Assembly (NCBI GenBank): GCA_963762145.1
Contig: CAVXJS010000011.1
Location: 800,001-864,000, forward strand
Origin: an uncultured Candidatus Rokubacteria bacterium
Lineage (GTDB): Bacteria; Methylomirabilota; Methylomirabilia; Rokubacteriales; CSP1-6
Length of the DNA: 64,000 bases
Direction: 5' to 3'
Both the position numbers and the translations under genes were made by a program. The stretch's first letter is position 1; the number at the start of each line of letters is the position of its first letter. This document shows, piece after piece, positions 38,845 through 50,100 of the stretch. The notes under the pieces are model-generated. The model searched no databases and was not told the DNA's origin. It saw only the letters and a program-made list of their open reading frames with translations.

Positions 38845-39705
38845 TCTCCTGGGCGCCCACATGTCCATCGCGGGCGGCCTCGACCGCGCGCTGGAGCGGG
38901 GTCTGGAGGTCGGCTGCTCGGTGGTGCAGATCTTCCTGAAGAACCAGCGCCAGTGGGCGGCGCGACCCTACGCCGACAGCGAGGTCCGCGAGTTTCGCGC
39001 CGCCTGGAAGGCGTCGGGAATTCGCGTGGTCTTCGCCCACGCCAACTACCTGATCAACCTGGCGACGCCGATCGCGGCGGAGTGGCGCCGCGCGGTGGAC
39101 ACCTTTCACGACGAGCTGGAGCGGGCGGAGGCGCTCGGCCTGCCGTTCGTGGTGATCCATCCCGGCTCCCATCGCGAGAGCGGACTGGACGAGGGCATCC
39201 GGCGGGTGGCGCGCGCGGTCGACGTGCTGCACGCGCGGACGCGCGGCTACCGCGTGCGGGTGGTCCTGGAGAACACCGCGGGCGGCGGCTCCACCATCGG
39301 CCGATCCTTCGAGGAGCTGGCCGCCATCGTGGCCGCGGTGGGCGAGCCCGCTCGTGTGGGCATCTGCCTCGACACCTGCCATCTCTACGCGGCGGGCTAC
39401 GACATCCGCACCGCGGAGGGCTACCGGAGCGCGATGGCGCGCTGCGCGCGGCTGCTCGGAACGCGGCGGGTGCGCGCGTTTCACCTCAACGATGCCCGCC
39501 AGCCGCTCGGCTCCGGCCTGGACCGCCACGAGAAGATCGGCCGCGGGCACCTGGGGGTGGGAGACCTTTCGCCGCCTGATGAACGACCGACGCTTCGCGA
39601 GGGTGCCGATGGCGCTCGAGACGCCGAAGGACCCGGAGCCGCGCGCGGACCGCGACGCCCTAGCCCTCCTCCGCCGCCTCGCGCGCGCCGGCGATGGGCG
39701 CTTAG
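38819..39705 (+). CDS. nfo: Endonuclease IV, frameshift near 39560; stop uncertain
   Basis: LGAHMSIAGG, HANYLINL, HPGSH, ENTAG, CLDTCH, HLND, DRHE, LETP. Confidence 0.9.
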
Positions 39706-40361
39706 CGCGCGGAGGGTACGCAGTGAGCGACGCCCTTCCGTGGGCAGCTGGCGCGGATCGGGCACTGCGAGCAGCGGGGGGAAACCGGCAGGCAGACGTT
39801 CTGACCGAAGGTCACGAGCAGGTCGTTGTAGCCGATCCAGTAGCGCCGGGGGAGGGTACGGCGGAGCGCCATCTCGGTCTCCTCCGGGGTGCGCGTCTTG
39901 ACGTAGCCCCAGCGGTTCGAGATCCGGTGCACGTGCACGTCCACGCAGATGCCGGGCTTGTTGAAGCCCTGGGTCACCACCAGGTTCGCGGTCTTGCGGC
40001 CCACCCCCTTGAGCGTGAGCAGCGCGTCGATGTCGTCGGGCACGACGCCCCCGAAGCGCGCGAGCAGATCGCGGCTGATCTCGCGGAGCACCCGCGCCTT
40101 CGTCCGGTAGAAGCCGACCGGGTAGATCGCCCGCTCGATCGCGCGCGGAGTGAGGCGGCGGATGCCCTCGGGCGTGTCGGCCAGCGCGAAGAGCCGCGCC
40201 GCCGCCGGTCCGGTGGTCTGGTCCTTGGTACGGAGCGAGAGCAAGCAGGCGACGAGCACCCGGAACGGGTCGTGCCACTGCGCCGCCACCTCGGCCAGGG
40301 CGGTGACCCGCCATCCGGGCACCTCACGCCGCAGCCGCCGGATGGTGTGGCCGATGCTCAT
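39702..40361 (-). CDS. nth: Endonuclease III (HhH-GPD with FeS cluster)
   Basis: LKGVGRKTANLV, VDVHVHRI, C-x6-C-x2-C-x5-C. Confidence 0.92.
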   Translation of the reverse strand: MSIGHTIRRLRREVPGWRVTALAEVAAQWHDPFRVLVACLLSLRTKDQTTGPAAARLFALADTPEGIRRLTPRAIERAIYPVGFYRTKARVLREISRDLLARFGGVVPDDIDALLTLKGVGRKTANLVVTQGFNKPGICVDVHVHRISNRWGYVKTRTPEETEMALRRTLPRRYWIGYNDLLVTFGQNVCLPVSPRCSQCPIRASCPRKGVAHCVPSAR

Positions 40362-40467
40362 GAGCGGGCCGCGCGCATCGCGCCCGATGCTAGAGGCCAC
40401 GCGCGCGCCTGTCAACCGAGCGCGTGCGTCTTGCGATGCGGCCGGGCCGCCGGTATGGTAGGGCGCG

Positions 40468-40929
40468 ATGAGAATGCTGCCCGCCGCCGCGATCCTGGTC
40501 TGGCTCGGCATCATGGCGTTCTTCGCCGGGGTGGTGGCGCCCGCCGCTTTTTCCACCCTCGATCGTGAAGCGGCGGGCCGCTTCGTGAGCGCGGTGTTCC
40601 CCCGCTACTACGCGGTGGGCGCGGCGCTGGGCGCGGTCGCGCTCGCCGGCCTCGGCCTCCGGCTCGCGCTCGGCCCCCGCCGCCCCTGGGACGGGCTGCC
40701 GCTCCTGCTGGTCGCGGTCATGCTGGCCACCACGCTCTACGCCTGGCTCGTCGTGCTGCCCGCCGCGCACGCGGCCCGGGAGGCGCTGCGCCCGGGCCCG
40801 GCTGTCCCCGGCGCGGTCTCCACCGAGGCTCTGGCCTTCGCGCGCCTGCACCGCCTCTCGGGCCTGCTGAACGGCGCGGTGATGCTCGCGGGCGTCCTGA
40901 CGCTCGCCGCGGTGGGGCTCAGGCGATGA
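40468..40929 (+). CDS. DUF4149 membrane protein
   Basis: VVAPAAF..L.REAAG..V..VFPRYY; FARLHRLS. Confidence 0.85.
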   Translation: MRMLPAAAILVWLGIMAFFAGVVAPAAFSTLDREAAGRFVSAVFPRYYAVGAALGAVALAGLGLRLALGPRRPWDGLPLLLVAVMLATTLYAWLVVLPAAHAAREALRPGPAVPGAVSTEALAFARLHRLSGLLNGAVMLAGVLTLAAVGLRR

Positions 40930-41303
40930 GCCGCGCGTTCGAGCCGCTGGGCTTCGATCACGTGGTGCTCCACGTGCGGGACCAGGCCGCCTCGGAGCGC
41001 TTCTACGTGGACCTGCTCGGGTGCACGCTCGACCACGTGAACAAGCCGATCTCGCTCGTGCAGCTCCGGTTCGGCGAGCACCTGATCGACCTGCTGCCCG
41101 GCGAGCGCGCGGAGGGCGGCGGCCTGGACCACTTCTGCCTCTCGATCCGCTGCGGCGACCTCGGGCGCGTCCGCGACGAGCTCCGCGCGCGCGGGGTGAC
41201 GGTGGACGGTGACGTGGTGCAGCGGCGCGGCGCGTTCGGGTCCGGGCCCTCGCTCTACATCCAGGACCCGGACGGCTACCGGATCGAGCTCAAGCCCCGC
41301 TGA
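40926..41303 (+). CDS. VOC/glyoxalase family protein
   Basis: DHVVLHVRD, DHFCL, YIQDPDGYRIEL. Confidence 0.9.
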   Translation: MSRAFEPLGFDHVVLHVRDQAASERFYVDLLGCTLDHVNKPISLVQLRFGEHLIDLLPGERAEGGGLDHFCLSIRCGDLGRVRDELRARGVTVDGDVVQRRGAFGSGPSLYIQDPDGYRIELKPR

Positions 41304-41862
41304 CCGTCCCGCCGACAGCAAGCGTCAACAGGGTGCGGACGATCTGCGCGGCGGTGACCGCGCCGCCGTCGGTCGCGGCCTGGAGCAGGCACCCCTCGGC
41401 CGCGCCCACGATCACCGCGGCCACCGCGCCCGCGTCCATCCCCGCGCGGAAGGCGCCGGTGCGGATGCCTTCCACCAGGATGTCCTCCAGGGAGAGGCGG
41501 ATCTGCTCGCGCTGCCACGCCAGGGTGAGCCGGAACTGCTTGTCGTGCTGGGCCCGCATCCAGCCGTGGAGGAAGAGTCCCGAGAAGTCTCGGTCGCTCT
41601 CGCCATAGGCTCCGAAGAGGATCTCCATCGCGCCCTCGAGCTTCACGCGGGGCGCGCCCGTGCTCCGCGCCACGCGGGCCAGCTCCGCGACGATGGGCAG
41701 CCCGCGCTGCTCCACCTGATTGGCCGCCGCGACGCTGGCCGGCGGGGCGGGGGGCGCGGCAACGGGCGGCGGGACGGGAGCCGGAACCGAGATCGCGCGG
41801 CGCCGGCGGGGGCGGGATCGGACCCGGCGACGGGGGGCGCGGCGCGGCTTGCGCTTCTTCAC
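41290..41862 (-). CDS. TetR C-terminal domain protein with an Arg-rich N-terminus and no HTH
   Basis: EDILVEGIRTGAFR..D..AVAAVIVG TetR_C-like; N-terminus KKRKPRRAPRRRVRSRPRRRR followed by a Pro linker. Confidence 0.65.
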   Translation of the reverse strand: MKKRKPRRAPRRRVRSRPRRRRAISVPAPVPPPVAAPPAPPASVAAANQVEQRGLPIVAELARVARSTGAPRVKLEGAMEILFGAYGESDRDFSGLFLHGWMRAQHDKQFRLTLAWQREQIRLSLEDILVEGIRTGAFRAGMDAGAVAAVIVGAAEGCLLQAATDGGAVTAAQIVRTLLTLAVGGTVSGA

Positions 41863-41873
41863 TTCCGGGCGGG

Positions 41874-42248
41874 TCAGTTCCCGGAGGACACGAACTGGAA
41901 GGACTCGATCTCCACCCGGAAGCGCTTCTCGGAGCCCGGGGACGACATGCGGACCTCGAAGGGCGAAGAGCCGCGCGACGGCACCACCCCGACGACGTAG
42001 GCGCGGCCCCGGCTCACCACGCGGCCGTTCTCGTCGAGCCCCTCCACGCCCACCACGACGCGCTCACAGGACGCGTTGTTGCCGTTTCGCACCTCGCCGT
42101 AGATCAGCACCCGTCCGCTGCCCACTCGCTCGGTGGTGAAGCTCACCGCCAGCCGCGAAGAGGACTCGGGCGTGAACGTCTGGGCCCGTGCGGCCGGGGC
42201 GAGCGCGAGGAGGAACCCCGCCGCGGTGAGCAGAGCGCGGCGGGTCAT
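41874..42248 (-). CDS. Exported FxLYD-like domain protein
   Basis: Signal peptide (ARA|Q), IYGEVRN...VEGLDENGRVV; ATGA overlap with the upstream permease. Confidence 0.65.
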   Translation of the reverse strand: MTRRALLTAAGFLLALAPAARAQTFTPESSSRLAVSFTTERVGSGRVLIYGEVRNGNNASCERVVVGVEGLDENGRVVSRGRAYVVGVVPSRGSSPFEVRMSSPGSEKRFRVEIESFQFVSSGN

Positions 42249-43477
42249 TCGTACCGGAGCGCGTCGATCGGATTGAGTCCGGCCGCCTTGCGCGCCGGAT
42301 AGAACCCGAAGAAGATGCCGACCGCGGCCGAGAAGCCGAAGGCGACCAGGATCGCGTCGAACTGGAGCAGGGTGCGCCACTCCGCGAAGTAGGCGATCGC
42401 GTAGGAGCCGAGCAGACCCGCCCCGACGCCGATGACGCCGCCGATGAGGGACAGGGTCACCGCCTCCACCAGGAACTGGGTGAGGATGTCCTTGCCTCGC
42501 GCGCCCACCGCCATGCGCAGGCCGATCTCCCGCGTCCGCTCGGTCACCGAGACCAGCATGATGTTCATGATACCGATGCCGCCCACCAGGAGGGAGACCG
42601 ACGCGATGGCAGCCAGCAGCACGGTGAGCACCCGCGAGGCGGCTTCCTGCGACTGGAGCACCTCGGCCAGGTTGCGGAGATTGAAGTCGTCCTCCTGGTG
42701 GGGCTGGATGCGGTGACGCTGGCGGAGCAGCTCCCGGATCTCGTGCTCCGCCTCCTTCATGAGGCTCGCGTCCCGGACCTTGATGCTGATGGTGCCGACC
42801 GCGCGCCCCTTGGCCTGGTTGCCGCCCACGACCTTGGTCTTGGCGGTCGTGAGCGGGATCAGGATCTGATCGTCCTGATCCTGGCCCCACGTCGTCTGCC
42901 CCTTGCGATCCATGACCCCGATGATCGTGAAGGGCACCTTCTTGATCCGGATGACCTGGCCGAGCGGATCTTCCTCACCGAACAGGTTCTGGGCCACCGT
43001 CTGGCCGACCATCGCGACCTTGAACGCTCCCTCCACCTCCTCGCGAGTCAGGGAGCGCCCGGCGATCACCTCCCAGTCGCGGGCCGGGAGGTACTCGGGG
43101 GTGACGCCCAGGATGGTGGTGGACCAGTTGAGATTGGAGTACACGACCTGGGCGTTGCCGCGAACGGACGGGGCGACCACCTCCACGAGCGGGATGTCCC
43201 TCTCGATGGCCAGGGAGTCGTCCTCGGACAGCGTGGCCTGGGCGCCGGCCCCGAGCCGCACCCCGCCCAGGTTGACGGTGCCGGGCCAGATGATGATGAG
43301 ATTCGAGCCGAGGCTCTGGATCTGCTCGGCCACGCGGGCTTGCGCCCCCGCGCCCACCGCCACCATGGTGATGACCGCGCCCACCCCGATGACGATGCCC
43401 AGCATCGTGAGCGCACTCCGCAGCTTGTTGACCCGGAGGGCACGCACCGCGATGCGCGCGCTGGCGAGGACGTTCAC
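42245..43477 (-). CDS. MacB/FtsX-like ABC permease
   Basis: LRSALTMLGIVIGV, VGGIGIMNIMLVSVTERTREIG, PIDALRYE. Confidence 0.94.
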   Translation of the reverse strand: MNVLASARIAVRALRVNKLRSALTMLGIVIGVGAVITMVAVGAGAQARVAEQIQSLGSNLIIIWPGTVNLGGVRLGAGAQATLSEDDSLAIERDIPLVEVVAPSVRGNAQVVYSNLNWSTTILGVTPEYLPARDWEVIAGRSLTREEVEGAFKVAMVGQTVAQNLFGEEDPLGQVIRIKKVPFTIIGVMDRKGQTTWGQDQDDQILIPLTTAKTKVVGGNQAKGRAVGTISIKVRDASLMKEAEHEIRELLRQRHRIQPHQEDDFNLRNLAEVLQSQEAASRVLTVLLAAIASVSLLVGGIGIMNIMLVSVTERTREIGLRMAVGARGKDILTQFLVEAVTLSLIGGVIGVGAGLLGSYAIAYFAEWRTLLQFDAILVAFGFSAAVGIFFGFYPARKAAGLNPIDALRYE

Positions 43478-44253
43478 GGGGTGGTGACCTCCGTCTCCAG
43501 GTCCTCTTCCTCTTGCTCGTCGCCCCGGGGCAGGCTGGCGAGCTGATCGCGCGCCACCAGCCGGTCGCGGACCGGCTCGTCCCGGATCAGCCGGCCGTCG
43601 CGGAAGCCCAGCACCCGACCCGCGTAGCGGGCGATGTCGGCCTCGTGGGTCACCACCACCACCGTGATGCCGTCCCGGTTGAGATCCTGGAAGAGCGCCA
43701 TGATCTCCACGCTCGTGTGCGAATCGAGCGCGCCGGTGGGCTCGTCGGCCAGGATCAGGACCGGATCGTTGATGAGGGCGCGCGCGATGGCGACCCGCTG
43801 CTGCTGCCCGCCCGAGAGCTGAGCCGGGTGATGATGCTCCCGCTCGGAGAGGCCGACCGCGGCCAGCTTGGCGCGCGCGCGCGCCTGCCGGTCGCGGCCC
43901 TGGATCGCGCTGTAGAGCAGGGGCAGCTCCACGTTCTCGAGCGCGGAGGTGCGGGGCAGCAGGTTGAAGGTCTGGAACACGAAGCCGATCTTCTCGTTGC
44001 GCACCCGCGCGAGACGGTCGCGTCCCATGCGGGAGACGTCGAGGCCGTCGAGGCGGTACTGCCCCGCGGTCGGGGTGTCCAGGCAGCCGAGCAGGTTCAT
44101 GAAGGTGGACTTGCCGGAGCCGGACGGACCCATCACCGCGACGAACTCGCCCGGGTCGATGCTGATCGACACCTTGCGGAGGGCGTGAATGCGCCGCGTG
44201 CCGAGGTGGTAGTCCTTCACGAGATCCTCGGTGGCGATGAGGGCGTCGGGCAT
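43474..44253 (-). CDS. MacB/LolD-type ABC ATP-binding protein
   Basis: [29 protein letters not shown]. Confidence 0.94.
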   Translation of the reverse strand: MPDALIATEDLVKDYHLGTRRIHALRKVSISIDPGEFVAVMGPSGSGKSTFMNLLGCLDTPTAGQYRLDGLDVSRMGRDRLARVRNEKIGFVFQTFNLLPRTSALENVELPLLYSAIQGRDRQARARAKLAAVGLSEREHHHPAQLSGGQQQRVAIARALINDPVLILADEPTGALDSHTSVEIMALFQDLNRDGITVVVVTHEADIARYAGRVLGFRDGRLIRDEPVRDRLVARDQLASLPRGDEQEEEDLETEVTTP

Positions 44254-44254
44254 C

Positions 44255-45643
44255 TCAGAGCCGGAGGCGAGGGGCGCCCTGCTGGGGTTGCGATGGCCGG
44301 TCGCCCGGGACCGCCACGCCGACGATGACCTGCTGGCCTTCCTTGAGATCGCCCTTGGCAACCTCGGTGTAGGTGCCGTCGCCGATGCCGAGCTGGATCG
44401 GGAGCGCGGCGGGCTTGCCGTCGGGCCCGAGCACCCACACGCGTCCGGCGGGCCCCCCGCCCCCGCGGCCGCTCCCGCCGCCCGGCCGCGCGGGCCGCTC
44501 ACGCTCGGGGGCTTCCATCCCGGCAGGCCGGAACCGAAGCGCCGCGTTCGGAACCTGGAGCACGCTCTCCTTCTGCTCGATGACGATCCGCACGTTTGCG
44601 GTCATGCCGGGCAGAAGGCGCTGCTCGGGATTCTTGGCCGTCACCACCACGTCGTAGGTGACCACGTTCTGGACCACGAGCGGTGCCTTGCGGATCTGGA
44701 CGACCTCGCCGGTGAAGACGCGGCCCGGGAAGGAGTCCACCGTGAAGGTCGCGGCCTGGCCGACCTTGACCCGACCCACGTCGGCCTCGTCCACGTTGGT
44801 GTCCACCTGCATGTTGCGCAGGTCCTGGGCGATCGTGAAGAGGGTCGGGGCCTGGAGGCTCGCCGCGACGGTCTGGCCCACGTCCACGCTGCGGCCCACC
44901 ACGGTGCCGTCCACCGGAGCGCGAATGAAGGTGCGCTCGAGATCCACCTGGGCCTGACGCAGGGCCGCCTGGTTCTGCACGACCTGGGCCGCCGCGTTCT
45001 TCAGCATCGCCTCGGTGACCCGGAGCTGCGCCTCCGCCGCGCGCACCGCCGAGACCTGTGCCAACTCCTGCGCCTTCGAGGCCTCCACCTGGGCCACCGC
45101 GGAGTCGTAGGTGGCCTGGGCGGTGTCCTCGTCGGCCTGCGCGATGAGGCCGCGCTGGCGCAGGTCCTGGTTGCGGCCGAGCGTGCGCCGCGTGTCGGCG
45201 ACCGCGACCTGGGACTTGGCGGTCTGGGCCCGGGCGGCCGCGAGCGCGGCGCGGGCGTTTTCGAGGTCCGCTCGCGTCTTCTCCACCACCGCCTGCTGGT
45301 TCAGCACCGAGGCGTGCGCCGCCTCCACCTGGGCCTTCGACTGGCTGACCTTCGCCTCGTAGGTCTCCGGATCGATGCGGGCGATCACCTGGTCCTTCTT
45401 GACCTGCGAGTTGAAGTCCGCGAAGAGCTCCTTGACCTGCCCCGAGATCTGGGAGCCGACCAGCACCGTGATGACCGCGTTGAGGGTGCCGGTGGCCGAG
45501 ACCGCGGAGGTGAGCGGCCCGCGGGACACCGCGGCGGTGCGGAAGGCGGGGCGCGCCCCCATGCCCTGGGTGTAGAGATAGCCGCCGGAGATGGCTCCCG
45601 CGGCCACCACGATCGCGACGATCCAGAGCAGGCGACGTTTCAT
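44255..45643 (-). CDS. MacA-like membrane fusion (periplasmic adaptor) protein
   Basis: VGSQISGQV, GQTVAASLQAPTLF, DEADVG, LLPGMTA. Confidence 0.93.
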   Translation of the reverse strand: MKRRLLWIVAIVVAAGAISGGYLYTQGMGARPAFRTAAVSRGPLTSAVSATGTLNAVITVLVGSQISGQVKELFADFNSQVKKDQVIARIDPETYEAKVSQSKAQVEAAHASVLNQQAVVEKTRADLENARAALAAARAQTAKSQVAVADTRRTLGRNQDLRQRGLIAQADEDTAQATYDSAVAQVEASKAQELAQVSAVRAAEAQLRVTEAMLKNAAAQVVQNQAALRQAQVDLERTFIRAPVDGTVVGRSVDVGQTVAASLQAPTLFTIAQDLRNMQVDTNVDEADVGRVKVGQAATFTVDSFPGRVFTGEVVQIRKAPLVVQNVVTYDVVVTAKNPEQRLLPGMTANVRIVIEQKESVLQVPNAALRFRPAGMEAPERERPARPGGGSGRGGGGPAGRVWVLGPDGKPAALPIQLGIGDGTYTEVAKGDLKEGQQVIVGVAVPGDRPSQPQQGAPRLRL

Positions 45644-45679
45644 GGTGGTGATCAGACGCGCCCGGCGCGCGCGGTATTC

Positions 45680-47149
45680 CTAGCGACGGCCCAGGGCTCG
45701 TTCGAGCCTCGCGATGCCGATGCGGTAGTCGGACAGGGCCTGCGCCTCGTCGGACTGGGCCTGGGTCAGCGCGAGCTGGGCGTCGGTGAGCTCGATGATG
45801 TTGGCGACTCCCGCGTCGAAGCGACCCCGGGAGAGCTGGTAGTTCTCGGCCGCCGACTCCACCGCCTTCTGGGCGGCCCCGATCCGCTGCTCGGCCTCGC
45901 CGAGGTTGAGATAGGTCTGCTCGACGTTCTGCCAGATCTGCAGCTCGGCGTCGCGGACCCGAGCCTGGGAAGCCTCGACCGCGGCCTTGGCCTCCTTGTA
46001 GCGGGCGACCCGGCCACCGCCGTCGAAGATGCTCCAGTCGAGCCTCAGCCCGATCTCCCACGCGTTATTGACGTCGGTGAAGCCGCTCGTGCTCCGCGAG
46101 GTCTGGCCGGTCGAGCCGGTGATCCCGACCAGGCCGTAGTTCCCGGTGCCGCTGAGGCTCGGGAAGAAGTCCCGGAACGTCTGCCGGACCAGGGCGTCGG
46201 CGGCGTCGGACTGGGCCTTGACCTGCCGATACTCGGGCCGGTTCCGGAGCGCCTCGCTCACGAGGAGATTCCGATCGGTCGGGAAGTCCTGGTAGGAGAG
46301 GAGGTCCTTCACCTCGGTGGGCGCGTTGACTGCGACCCCCATCGCCGCGTTCAGGGCCACCCGGCTCAGGCCGACCGCGTTCTGGGCGCGGATCACGTTG
46401 ACGCGGGCGTTGGCCACGTCCACCTCGGCTCGCGTCACGAAGGACTTGGGCTGCGTGCCCACCTGGAAGAATCCCTGCGCGCTGCGGAGGTTCACCTGCG
46501 CCCGGTCGAGGGCGGCGATGTTGACCTCGACCAGCCGCTTCGAGAGCAGGAGGGTGAAGTACTGCGTCTTGACCAGCTGGGCGATATCGAGCTTCTGCGC
46601 TTCGAGGACTTCCCTCAGGGCCTCCGCATTGGACTTGGCGACGTCCTTGGCCGCCCACGTCCGGCCGAAATCGAACAGGAGCTGCGAGGCGGTGAGGCGG
46701 GCCTGCCCGAAGTCCTGCTGGCCCGCGTTGCCGACGATGACTCCAACCGTACGCGCCCGCCCGTAGCTCCCCGAGCCGGACAGCTGGGGCAGGAGAGGGG
46801 CCAGCGCCTGGTTGATGCGCTGCTGGGCCGCGATGTAGTCGCCGACGCGGGCGACGATCAGGGGAGCGTTCTCGAGCGCGATGTTCACCGCCTCCTCCAG
46901 TCCCAGCTCCCGACCCACCAGCTCCTGCGGAACCACGAAGGGCCGGATCCCCGGCGGCGCGGGCAGCGGCTCGCGCGGCGGCATCGGCGCGGGCGCCGTG
47001 AGGGCGGGCACCGTGACGGCGGGCGCCGGCGCCGGGACCACGGGGGGCGCCGGCGCCGGGGCCGGGGTCTGGGCCCCAAGGGCGGCGGGCAGCGTCGCCC
47101 CGAGGGCGAGCGCCGCGAGAACGAAAGGGGCGAGCGAGCGCTTCGTCAT
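45680..47149 (-). CDS. TolC-family outer membrane efflux protein
   Basis: Signal peptide, two OEP repeats, RFDAGVANIIELTDAQ. Confidence 0.92.
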   Translation of the reverse strand: MTKRSLAPFVLAALALGATLPAALGAQTPAPAPAPPVVPAPAPAVTVPALTAPAPMPPREPLPAPPGIRPFVVPQELVGRELGLEEAVNIALENAPLIVARVGDYIAAQQRINQALAPLLPQLSGSGSYGRARTVGVIVGNAGQQDFGQARLTASQLLFDFGRTWAAKDVAKSNAEALREVLEAQKLDIAQLVKTQYFTLLLSKRLVEVNIAALDRAQVNLRSAQGFFQVGTQPKSFVTRAEVDVANARVNVIRAQNAVGLSRVALNAAMGVAVNAPTEVKDLLSYQDFPTDRNLLVSEALRNRPEYRQVKAQSDAADALVRQTFRDFFPSLSGTGNYGLVGITGSTGQTSRSTSGFTDVNNAWEIGLRLDWSIFDGGGRVARYKEAKAAVEASQARVRDAELQIWQNVEQTYLNLGEAEQRIGAAQKAVESAAENYQLSRGRFDAGVANIIELTDAQLALTQAQSDEAQALSDYRIGIARLERALGRR

Positions 47150-50100
47150 GCCGGATCTCCCTGCAGCACGGGGGCGCCCTCCACCGCCGAGATCCGGCGG
47201 GGGAAGCGCTCCTCGAGCATCACGTACAGCGTTGGGATCAGCACCAGCGTCAGCATCGTCGAGATCGTCAGGCCGCCGATCACCGCGCGCGCGAGCGGAG
47301 CGTTGGCCTCGCTGCCCACGTCGATACCCAGGGCCATGGGGATCAGGCCGACCACGGTGGTGAGGCTCGTCATGATGATGGGCCGGAGCCGCGTGCGCCC
47401 CGCCCGCATCACCGCCTCGTGCAGGTCGAGGCCGTGGCGCCTCAGCTCATTGATGTATTCTACCAGCAGGACTCCATTCGACACGACGATCCCGACCATC
47501 ATGATGATGCCCATGAAGGACGTGACGTTGAGCGTGGTGTTCGTCAGGAACAGCGCCCAGATGACGCCGATCATCCCCAGCGGGACCGAGAACATGATGA
47601 TCAGCGGGTCGAGCAGTGACTTGAACTGCGAGGCCATGACCATGTACACGAGCATCAGGGCGAGCAGGGACGTGAACTTCAGGCTGCTGAACGCCTCGCG
47701 CTGCTGCACGGTCTGGCCGCCGAGCTGGACCGAGAATCCGGGGGGCAGGCCCATGCCGCGGAACCGCTCCTCGAGATCCGCGCTGATGGCGCCCAGGTCG
47801 CGCCCGGACGGATTCGCGTTGATCTTCACGATCCGCTGCTGATATTTCCGCTCGAGCATCACCGGCCCGGTGCCCTGCCGGATCTCGGCGACGCTGCCCA
47901 GGAGGACCGGCCGGCCGCCGTCGCCGATCACGAAGAGACGGCTCAGGTCGCTGGCCGCGGAGCGGAACGGCTCGTCGAGCTGCACGACCATGTTGTACTG
48001 GTTGCCGGTGCGCGGGTCGGTAAGATCGACGGGCTGACGCTCACGTTGCTGTTGAGCGAGAAGAGCGCGGTCTGCGCGATGTCCCGCTGGGTCAGGCCCG
48101 CGCTGGCCGCCTTCTCGCGGTCCACCACGATGTCGAACTGGGGATAGTTCTCCTCGCGGCTGATGAACACGTCGGCGATGCCCTGGACCTCCTGCATCAC
48201 GCGGGCGACCTCCTGCGCGGTGGCCTGGGCCGCCTTGAGGTCGTACCCGAGCTGCTCCACCTCGACCGCGGACTGGGAGCCGGTGTTCAGCACGCGGCTG
48301 ACGATGCCCCCGAAGACGACCTGCATGGTGGTGCCCGGGAACTGGCCGGACAGCTGGGGGCGCACCGCCGCGACGATCTCCCGGTCGCTGCGCTTCCGCT
48401 TGTCGGGGGTGTTCAGGTAGACCTGGAGCTGGGCCGCGTGCGGGCCGGTGTTCTGGGAGAACACGCCCGAGCGGCCGGTGGGCACGCCCACCGTCGAGAC
48501 CATCGCGTTCACCTCCTCGGGCTGTGAGGGTGGAGCGGATGATGCCTTCCATCCGGGCCACCGTCCGCTCGGTCTCCTCGACCCGGGTGCCCACCGGGGC
48601 GCGAATGCGGATGATGAACTGGCTCTCGTCGGACGGGGGAAAGAACTCGGTGCCGATCAGCGGCACCAGGGCCCCCGCGCTCACCACCAGCACCGCGATG
48701 CCGCCGATGAGCCGCGCGCGGTGGCCGAGGGCCCAGCCGAGCACCCGCTGGTAGAACTCGTCGAACCGCTCCAGCAGGCGCCCGGTCACCGCGAGGCCGC
48801 GCGTGTACAGGTTGCGCGGGCGCTCCGCCAGCGGCCGCTCCGGCTTGAGCCAGTGGAGACAGAGCAGGGGGGTGACGGTGCGGGAGACCAGGAACGAGGC
48901 GAAGAGGGAGAACGAGATCGTGAAGGTCAGGGGGATGAACAGGAGGCGTGACTGGCCTTCCAGGAACACGGTGGGCAGGAACACCACGATGGTGGTGATG
49001 GTGGAGACGAAGATCGGCATCGCCACCTCGCGGGCCGCGTCGAGCACCGCGGGGCCGCGGGCCTTGCCCGGGATGTTGAGGTGCCGGTTGATGTTCTCGA
49101 GCTCCACGATCGAGTCGTCGAGGAGCCGGCCGACCGCGAGGGCGAGCCCTCCCAGGGTGAAGACGTTGAGGGTCTGCCCGAGCATGAACATCGCGACCAG
49201 GGTCAGCAGGAGCGAGAGGGGAATCGCGATCGAGATGATGATGGTGGAGACGAACGAGCGCAGGAAGAAGAGCACCACGAAGAACGCGAGCAGGGAGCCG
49301 ATCGCGGCCTCGTGCCAGAGGCTCGTGATGGACTGCCGGATGTAGATCGACTGGTCGAGGGTCATGCGGATGTTGACGCCCGCGGGCAGCCCGGTCAGCT
49401 TGGGCAGCTTCGCCTTGACCGCGTCCACCACGTCCACCGTGTTGCCGCCGGGCTGCTTGTTGACGCGCAGGTACACCGCGCGCTCGCCGTTGACCCGCAC
49501 CACCGACTGCTGGGTCTCCCAGGAGTCCTCCACGCGGCCGATGTCGCGCACCCGGATCGCGGTGCCTCCGATCCGGCGCACGATGATGTTCTCCATCGGC
49601 TCGACCACCGAGAACTGGTTGTTGGTGAAGACGTTGTAGTCGAGGTTGCCGAGCTTGAGATCGCCGGAGGGCAGCAGGAAGTTCGAGTCGTTGACCGAGC
49701 GGGCCACCTCGGTGACCGAGATGCCCTTGGCCTGCAGGAGATCGCGGTTGAGGTTCACCGTGATCTGCCGGATCTTGCCCCCGTCGACGTTCGCGGAGGC
49801 GACCCCGGGGAGCTGCTCGAGCTGGGGCTCGACCGTGTTGTAGGCCAGGTCGTAGAGCTGCTTCTCGTCGAGCCCGCCCCCGGTGATGGTCACGAGGCAA
49901 ACCGGGATGTTGGAGAGGTCGAACTTGAGGATGAACGGCTGCTGCACGCCGGTGGGCAGCGTGGTCATGATCTGCTGGATCCGCTGGGCGACCTCGGTGA
50001 GGCCGGCGTCGAGATCCGAGCCCCACACGAACTGCACGGTGACCACCGAGAAGCCCTGGCGCGAGCGCGACTCCACGTAGCGCACGTTCGCCACCGCGGA

